Shown here: positions 58,136-64,000 of the stretch, piece by piece
Layout of the letters: the number at the start of each line of letters is the position of its first letter
How positions within the stretch are numbered: position 1 is the first letter of the stretch
Origin: Marinicella sp.
GTDB taxonomy: Bacteria > Pseudomonadota > Gammaproteobacteria > Xanthomonadales > Marinicellaceae
Reading direction: 5' to 3'
Length of the DNA: 64,000 nucleotides
Assembly: GCA_965230295.1 (NCBI GenBank)
Contig: OZ246001.1
Span: forward strand, 704,001-768,000
Translations under genes and position numbers: made by a program
Notes under the pieces: generated by a model
The model's input: the letters and a program-made list of their open reading frames with translations, nothing else
Told to the model about the DNA's origin: nothing
Databases searched by the model: none

Positions 58136-60243
58136 TTTAACTGGGTCCAAAGGTGCGTATAAGCCAGCGCCAGTCGTTCGGCCAATTGTTCATTGGTGCT
58201 TGAACCACCGTGCCCACCTTCGGTATTTTCATAGTACCAAATCGGGTAACCGTAGGACATCATCTTGGCAGCCATTTTTCTGGCATGTCCAGGATGCACA
58301 CGATCATCACGGGTTGATGTATAAAAGAAGGTTGCTGGATAATCGGTTTCGGGTTTCAAGTTTTGGTAAGGGCTGTATTCCTTGATAAATGCCCATTGTT
58401 CCGGAATGTCTGGGTTGCCATACTCGCCCATCCAACTGGCACCCGCCAACAACTTGTTGTAGCGATACATATCCAATAAAGGGACACCGCATATCACAGC
58501 ACCGTAAAGGTCTGGTCTTCTGGTCATGGTGGCACCAACCAACAGCCCGCCGTTAGAACGACCTTCTATGCCCAAATGCTGAGGAGAAGTGATTTTTCGT
58601 TTGATCAAGTCTTCTGCCACTGCTTCAAAATCCTCATAGGATTTGGTGCGGTTTTCTAACAAGGCGGCTTTGTGCCATTTAGGGCCATAAGCACCACCAC
58701 CACGGATATTGGCTGATACAAACACACCGCCTCTGTCCAGCCACAACTTGCCATATGCACCTTCCAAGGCTTCATACGACCCCGAATACGAAGGTGTTAA
58801 CGAATTCCTGAATCCGCCATAAGAAAAGATGTGTGTGGGGTTACTGCCATCAAACTTTGTGCCCTGATTCATCACGATGAAATAAGGTACAAATGTGCCA
58901 TCTGCAGAACGAGCAAAAAATTGTTCTACTTGATAAGGAGATGGATCAAAACTTTGGGCTTGTGACTTAACCGCTTTGGGCTGTAGCGTTTTCCCGTTTA
59001 CGTGATACAGCGTGGGTGGTGTAATGAATGATTCGTATTCAGCAAAGAAGCTGCCGCTGCTGTCATCCACTGCAGTGATACCAATGGCCCCATGATCAGG
59101 AAATTTCACCACTTCAACGTCCCAGCCTTGATCATCTGGTTTATAGACATAAACTTTACTGACCACATCAGACAACATGGTAACGATGATGCTGTCATCT
59201 GCAGTACTGATGCGTTCTATGTTTTCATTGGGTCTTGGGTTTAAAAATACCGACCAATCAGATTTTTCAACCAAAGATTTGCGCCCAGTCAGCACATCAG
59301 GATTGATCATCAACACCATCCCTTCACTGAGAAACTGACCTTGGAATTGCCAGTCCTCTTTCAAGGAAACAATCATTTTCCCTTGGAAAACGCCGCTGAC
59401 AACAGCGGACTGTGGTAAATCAAAGGGCAGTGCTTCGCCATCAATCCATTGGTAGTATTGGCTGGTCCAAAACGAAGTTCCATCAACCAGAAAGTCTTTG
59501 GCATCATCCCCCGTTCCTGTGCGGTAAGCAAATACTGATACTGATTTTTTATCCACCTCCATGAGGGTCTTGGCGTCAGCCAAAGGTGTCCCCCTTTGCC
59601 ACAACTTGACGATTCTGGGGTAGCCAGAGTCGGTCATTGAATCAGGACCAAAATCGGTACCCACAAACAAGTGATCTTTGTCTCGCCAACTGACGCGCAT
59701 TTTTGATTTGGGTAAGTTGAAGCCGCCTTTGATGAATTTTTTGGACTTCATATCAAACTCTTGCATCATCACGGCATCGCCACCACCGGGTGAGATTGAA
59801 ACCAAACAACGTCGGTATTTGGGTGCCAAACAATTCATCCCTTTGAACACCCAGTTTCCTTCATGCTTGGCATTGTATTGATCCATATCCAATACCGTTT
59901 GCCATTTCGGTTGGTCCTTTCGATTGAATTCTTTCAATTTGACTCGACGATAGACACCGCGAGGATTCTTGTCATCTTTCCAATAGTTATAGACCCACTC
60001 ACCTCGTTGGCTGACCGAAGGTATGCGTGATTTGTTGTTCAGGGTAGATAAGGCTTGATCGTACAACTCTTGATAAAGCGGGTTGGCCTTGTATTGATCT
60101 GCAGTGCTTTTATTTTGGGCAAACACCCAGTCCATGGATTTTTCAGCATCCACATCCTCTAGCCACATGAATGGATCATGGTCCGCATCTTTGGCTTGTA
60201 TGCTGAAAGAAAGGAAAAGAGCAAATATTAAAGATTTCTTCAT
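58132..60243 (-). CDS. secreted prolyl oligopeptidase (S9A)
   Basis: Signal peptide, DPFMWLE, YGGF, NIRGGG, GRSNGG nucleophile, DDRV, GGHG. Confidence 0.95.
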   Translation of the reverse strand: MKKSLIFALFLSFSIQAKDADHDPFMWLEDVDAEKSMDWVFAQNKSTADQYKANPLYQELYDQALSTLNNKSRIPSVSQRGEWVYNYWKDDKNPRGVYRRVKLKEFNRKDQPKWQTVLDMDQYNAKHEGNWVFKGMNCLAPKYRRCLVSISPGGGDAVMMQEFDMKSKKFIKGGFNLPKSKMRVSWRDKDHLFVGTDFGPDSMTDSGYPRIVKLWQRGTPLADAKTLMEVDKKSVSVFAYRTGTGDDAKDFLVDGTSFWTSQYYQWIDGEALPFDLPQSAVVSGVFQGKMIVSLKEDWQFQGQFLSEGMVLMINPDVLTGRKSLVEKSDWSVFLNPRPNENIERISTADDSIIVTMLSDVVSKVYVYKPDDQGWDVEVVKFPDHGAIGITAVDDSSGSFFAEYESFITPPTLYHVNGKTLQPKAVKSQAQSFDPSPYQVEQFFARSADGTFVPYFIVMNQGTKFDGSNPTHIFSYGGFRNSLTPSYSGSYEALEGAYGKLWLDRGGVFVSANIRGGGAYGPKWHKAALLENRTKSYEDFEAVAEDLIKRKITSPQHLGIEGRSNGGLLVGATMTRRPDLYGAVICGVPLLDMYRYNKLLAGASWMGEYGNPDIPEQWAFIKEYSPYQNLKPETDYPATFFYTSTRDDRVHPGHARKMAAKMMSYGYPIWYYENTEGGHGGSSTNEQLAERLALAYTHLWTQLK

Positions 60244-60395
60244 CGTTGTTCTCTGCATCAAAAGAACAAAGATATTAACAGTTTCAAACCTTGATTTCAG
60301 CAGCTAAACAACAGAATCAACGATTCATGACTTGTGGCCTATAGATGAACGCTCTTGGGACTTACCTGTCCACCCTAAGCTCACCCAGCCTAACT

Positions 60396-61697
60396 TTACC
60401 CTTGGGTGGAATTCTTCAGCAGTTCATTTTCCTTGATTTCTTTCAACTCGATTTCTTGTTCCAGAGTTTCCCGGCGCTGTAATTCGTTGTTGACGTATTT
60501 CAACCATTGATTGGCTGCTTTGCTGCTGCGCTGATCTTTGGCCGCAGCTTGAAAAGCCAAGCGCGCTTTATTGAAGTCTTTTAAATTGATGTAACTGTTC
60601 CCCAACATCAGATTGGCTGAATCCGGCCGTTTGATGCCTTTGTCTAAGGCTTTGTTGATGTTGATGTTGGCTTTTTCCCATTCTTCAACATTCATGTACG
60701 ATTGTGCCAACCTTAAGAACAGCTCACCATCAGTGGTTAAGTTGGCCGCTTTCTCTAAGGCGGGGATGGCTTTGGCATCGTCTCTGGCCAAAAACCAAGC
60801 CTGGGCTATCAATTCCAATCTTTTGTCATTGGCTTCAAGGTTACCCGCAGCAATTTCTTTTTCTAACAACACCGCTGCTTTGTAAGGTAAGTCATGCATC
60901 AAATACAAGTTGGCCAGGTTTTCAATGTGCGAACTGGTGGTCAACAAACTTTTTTCATACATCACTTCTGTGAGCACCATCTGCTTCTTAAAATCACCCA
61001 ATTCGCTGTACACACCAGCCATGGAGATGATGTAATCATCTTTAGGATAAAGCTTGACCAAATCCTTCAGCACCCCAAGCATGCCCTGAAAATTATTGGT
61101 TTCATAATAACAAGAACGCAACAGCAACAACCAATTTTCCTTGGGTGCTTTACCAAAACTTTTTTGCTTATCCACACCTTGCTTAATGGGACCAATGGCC
61201 TCTGCATAGCGTTCGCCTTGATAGTAAGCTTGCCCCAACAACACCAAAGTATCGGCACTGGGGTCAGGTACAATCGCAATCAAACGCTGAACAGTTTTCA
61301 AGGCCAAATCATATTGCTCTGTCGTGAAATACAGTTGGCTCATGACATTCAAAGTACTCTGTTGCAACGCCAATGGAATTTCACCGGCACTGAGCACTTT
61401 TTCATACGACCGCAGCGCCGCTGTGTAGTCCTCGGTGAGGTAATGGGTGTAGGCGGTTAAATTCCAAATCTGAGCACTTTCATAAGCAGACAGGTTTTTC
61501 ATGTCCCGCATTTTAACCAGGCCAGCCTGAGCTTCAGTAAACTGCTGTTCCTCAACCAGTTTTTGTAGTTTCAACAGTTCATTACCCACTTTAGGACTTA
61601 ATGCCACTGTTTGCTTGGTTTCTTCCTGGGCAGAGCCATTAAGGGTCATCAATACCATCGCGGAAAGGATGATGATTTTGTTTAACATCTGTTTCAC
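60396..61697 (-). CDS. periplasmic TPR protein of the TonB2-type operon (TtpD-like)
   Basis: Signal peptide, multiple TPR helices, C-terminal A.QWL.Y; ATGA overlap with tonB. Confidence 0.85.
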   Translation of the reverse strand: MKQMLNKIIILSAMVLMTLNGSAQEETKQTVALSPKVGNELLKLQKLVEEQQFTEAQAGLVKMRDMKNLSAYESAQIWNLTAYTHYLTEDYTAALRSYEKVLSAGEIPLALQQSTLNVMSQLYFTTEQYDLALKTVQRLIAIVPDPSADTLVLLGQAYYQGERYAEAIGPIKQGVDKQKSFGKAPKENWLLLLRSCYYETNNFQGMLGVLKDLVKLYPKDDYIISMAGVYSELGDFKKQMVLTEVMYEKSLLTTSSHIENLANLYLMHDLPYKAAVLLEKEIAAGNLEANDKRLELIAQAWFLARDDAKAIPALEKAANLTTDGELFLRLAQSYMNVEEWEKANININKALDKGIKRPDSANLMLGNSYINLKDFNKARLAFQAAAKDQRSSKAANQWLKYVNNELQRRETLEQEIELKEIKENELLKNSTQG

Positions 61698-62362
61698 CCG
61701 TCATTCTCCAGCTTGTAAGTGAACTTATTGCGCACATTGTTAACTACGATGGCTTCACCATCCTTGATCCTGGGTTTGTACTTAAACTTGGCAGCTGCCC
61801 GGATGGATGAACGGTGAAACAAGGAGCTGCTGCATTGATCAGGTACAACCATCACATTGTCTGTGGTACCTTGTTTGGTCACCGTATAGGAAACTGTACA
61901 GAAACCCTCTATGCCTCTTGACGCGGCACGTTCAGGGTAAATGGGAGCCACTTTTACAATGGGTAAATATTCACCCTCACCAATGGCACCGATACTGAAG
62001 CCCCCAGCGTTCAATTCCACATTGGTTTCAACCGGTGCCGCAGACACCGCCATTTTTTCTGCCGATGCATCAAAGTTATCCAGCTTTGGCGTTGGTGGTT
62101 GTTTGGGTGGTGCTTCAGGTAAAGGCGGTTTTTCCGGTTTGTTTTTTTTGCGCTCAGGGGTTTCATTGCGTTTGACCCGAACAAAATCCAAGAAACGGGT
62201 CTTACCAGAATCATCTATGCCTGTTTCTGTAAATGTGATCAAAAACATCATGAACCAAAATAAAAAGACCATGACAGCTAAGCCACCTGCATAACCCAAC
62301 AAAGTTCTCAGCATGGACTTTTGCGTGGCTTGAAATTTCTGGTTGATGGTTTGTTCAGTCAT
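61694..62362 (-). CDS. tonB: energy transducer TonB
   Basis: N-terminal TM, Pro-rich linker, P.YP.RA..GIEG, FKYKP..DG. Confidence 0.92.
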   Translation of the reverse strand: MTEQTINQKFQATQKSMLRTLLGYAGGLAVMVFLFWFMMFLITFTETGIDDSGKTRFLDFVRVKRNETPERKKNKPEKPPLPEAPPKQPPTPKLDNFDASAEKMAVSAAPVETNVELNAGGFSIGAIGEGEYLPIVKVAPIYPERAASRGIEGFCTVSYTVTKQGTTDNVMVVPDQCSSSLFHRSSIRAAAKFKYKPRIKDGEAIVVNNVRNKFTYKLENDG

Positions 62363-62364
62363 GC

Positions 62365-62772
62365 TCAGGATTCATCAGTTGCTATTGATATATTATAAAC
62401 ACTGGCTGCCCTGGATGCATCCATCACCTTCACCAGGGTGTCTGTGGTCGATCCTTTGTCAGCCTGGATGATGACTGATCCTTGCGGATTTTCCGCATGC
62501 AATCGTTCAATGTTGGCCCTGACTGCCCGTATATCGATGCGCCTGCCATCGATCCAAATGTCATTGTTGGGACTGATGGCAATCAGGATATTGGCTTTTT
62601 CTTGCACTTCAGTGGTGGCTGCATCGGGTCTGGACACATCAATACCAGCTTGTTTGACAAAATTAGCCGTGACGATAAAAAAGATCAACATGATGAACAC
62701 CACATCCAACATGGGAGTGATGTCAATATTGGCCTCTTCTTCTTGTTCGGTGTTAGAAAATAATTGTCTCAT
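62365..62772 (-). CDS. exbD: biopolymer transport protein ExbD
   Basis: IDITPMLDVVFIMLIFFIVT, IQAD; ATG 62772. Confidence 0.93.
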   Translation of the reverse strand: MRQLFSNTEQEEEANIDITPMLDVVFIMLIFFIVTANFVKQAGIDVSRPDAATTEVQEKANILIAISPNNDIWIDGRRIDIRAVRANIERLHAENPQGSVIIQADKGSTTDTLVKVMDASRAASVYNISIATDES

Positions 62773-62785
62773 TGTCTTCTCATGT

Positions 62786-63322
62786 TCAGTGGTGAAGCAC
62801 CAATGCTTCACGGATTAGATGTCGTTGATTACTGACTTTTCGCTTAAGGTAAGTGCTCATGGCTATGCCTGATAAGGCCGCCACCATGCCAGCCATGGTC
62901 GGGATGGTGGCCTTAAAAATACCAGCTGCCATAGAGCGGGCATTGCCAGAACCGGAAAATGCCATCACTTGGAACACTTCTATCATGCCTGAAACTGTAC
63001 CCAGCAAACCCATCAATGGACACAGCACCACACATGTGTTGATCAGTTCTGTGTTCTTGACCAAACCTTGTGAGACCATTGAAACCAATCGAGCACGGGT
63101 AAACTGTGCATACAGTGAACTGAAATCTGTGCGATCAGACCAAATAGACACCGCTTTGCTGAAGTTGCTCTTATGTTGTCGATTGATGTAAATGATCCGC
63201 TCAATGATGAGCGCCCACATGATAATACTGATCAGCGCTATCAGATAAAGTACATTACCACCCAGCTCAAAGAAATCACGTATGGATTCTAAAAACGGAA
63301 AATAATAATAAAGCTTATCCAT
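62786..63322 (-). CDS. exbB: MotA/TolQ/ExbB proton channel protein
   Basis: PLMGLLGTVSGMI, MAAGI..A.IPT.AG. Confidence 0.9.
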   Translation of the reverse strand: MDKLYYYFPFLESIRDFFELGGNVLYLIALISIIMWALIIERIIYINRQHKSNFSKAVSIWSDRTDFSSLYAQFTRARLVSMVSQGLVKNTELINTCVVLCPLMGLLGTVSGMIEVFQVMAFSGSGNARSMAAGIFKATIPTMAGMVAALSGIAMSTYLKRKVSNQRHLIREALVLHH

Positions 63323-63324
63323 GG

Positions 63325-64000
63325 TTATTTTCTTTCAGCGATTTCAGCAATCATTCCAGCAGCTTGTTGTTGCAGCACTTCAGTAACCCCTTTGGCTTTG
63401 CTGGCAACAATGCTGTGCAAAAACAACATAGGAATGGCCACCACCAAACCCAATACTGTGGTAACCAAAGCTGTGGAAATACCACCAGCCATCATTTTAG
63501 GGTCACCTGTACCAAACAAGGTCAGCGCCTGGAACGTATTGATCATGCCAGTTACCGTACCTAACAGGCCCAATAAAGGTGCCACCGCTGAAATGATTTT
63601 AATGAATGGCAACCATTTATTTAACTTCGGAGTTTCATTCAGAATGGCTTCACCAATTCTGATTTCCATGGCTTCCAAATCGTCATCACCACGTACTTTG
63701 TATACATTCAAAATGCGGCCCAATGGATTGTTGCCCGGGTTGTCTAAATTTTTAATTTGGGCATTGACTTTGGCCGAAACGCCCATCAGCACAATGAAAC
63801 GATACAATGCGACCAACAAGCCAATGATTCCTAACCCAATGATCACATAACCCACCGTTTTGCCTTGAGCCACTTGTTCCAATAAATTCGGTTTCTCAAC
63901 CAGTTTTGACAACAACCCGCCACGGGTTGGGTCGATGGCCACTGAACCCATGCCACTTGTTTGTGATTGGTAGTTTTCCGCTCGAGAGACGAACCTCGAC
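63325..64000 (-). CDS. TtpC-like ExbB-domain protein, 3' part (continues past the right edge)
   Basis: Frame open to the window edge; IDPTRG, APLLGLLGTVTGMI, MAGGISTALVTTVLGL. Confidence 0.85.
   Translation of the reverse strand, partial: SRFVSRAENYQSQTSGMGSVAIDPTRGGLLSKLVEKPNLLEQVAQGKTVGYVIIGLGIIGLLVALYRFIVLMGVSAKVNAQIKNLDNPGNNPLGRILNVYKVRGDDDLEAMEIRIGEAILNETPKLNKWLPFIKIISAVAPLLGLLGTVTGMINTFQALTLFGTGDPKMMAGGISTALVTTVLGLVVAIPMLFLHSIVASKAKGVTEVLQQQAAGMIAEIAERK

Noticed and set aside
57827-58385. Repeated small ORFs (MASSCESEAHSSK...)
   Set aside because: By-products of the tandem repeat and antisense overlap with the peptidase gene

Overview
A core-chromosome segment of a marine-type gammaproteobacterium. 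Gene order resembles Xanthomonadales/Pseudomonas, and a Marinicella-like organism is my inference. It is densely packed with housekeeping genes: gpmA-dxs, radC/dut-algC, amiB-tsaE-nnr/queG, trpE..trpGDC-mtnN, rpoZ-spoT-ridA-recG, bepA, tusDCBE-grxC, icd, bcp/dapA, fdxA/pcnB-folK, pgi-apbC-dcd and a TonB2-type ttpC-exbB-exbD-tonB-TPR operon, plus several secreted peptidases. I found no rRNA, tRNA, CRISPR array, transposase, integrase or prophage. The most unusual signals are non-coding. (1) A ~400-nt ORF-less, heavily base-paired element at 55.46-55.88 kb ends in an integron attI-like GTTAGAA core and a tiny 'empty cassette'. (2) A 110-bp tandem palindromic array at 57.75-58.13 kb shares a conserved internal-loop core (CATGGYGGT...KAAGMCTTG) with that element while the flanking stems change yet keep pairing. 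(3) A promoter/hairpin/terminator-bounded ~95-nt sRNA candidate lies between folK and pgi, preceded by TGTTGY-N6-RCAACA palindromes that recur upstream of a FadL-like gene. Two genes are frameshifted: a secreted M15-like Zn peptidase broken by an 11-bp tandem duplication, and the membrane-bound form of algC. panBCD and coaBC are both missing from their usual loci.
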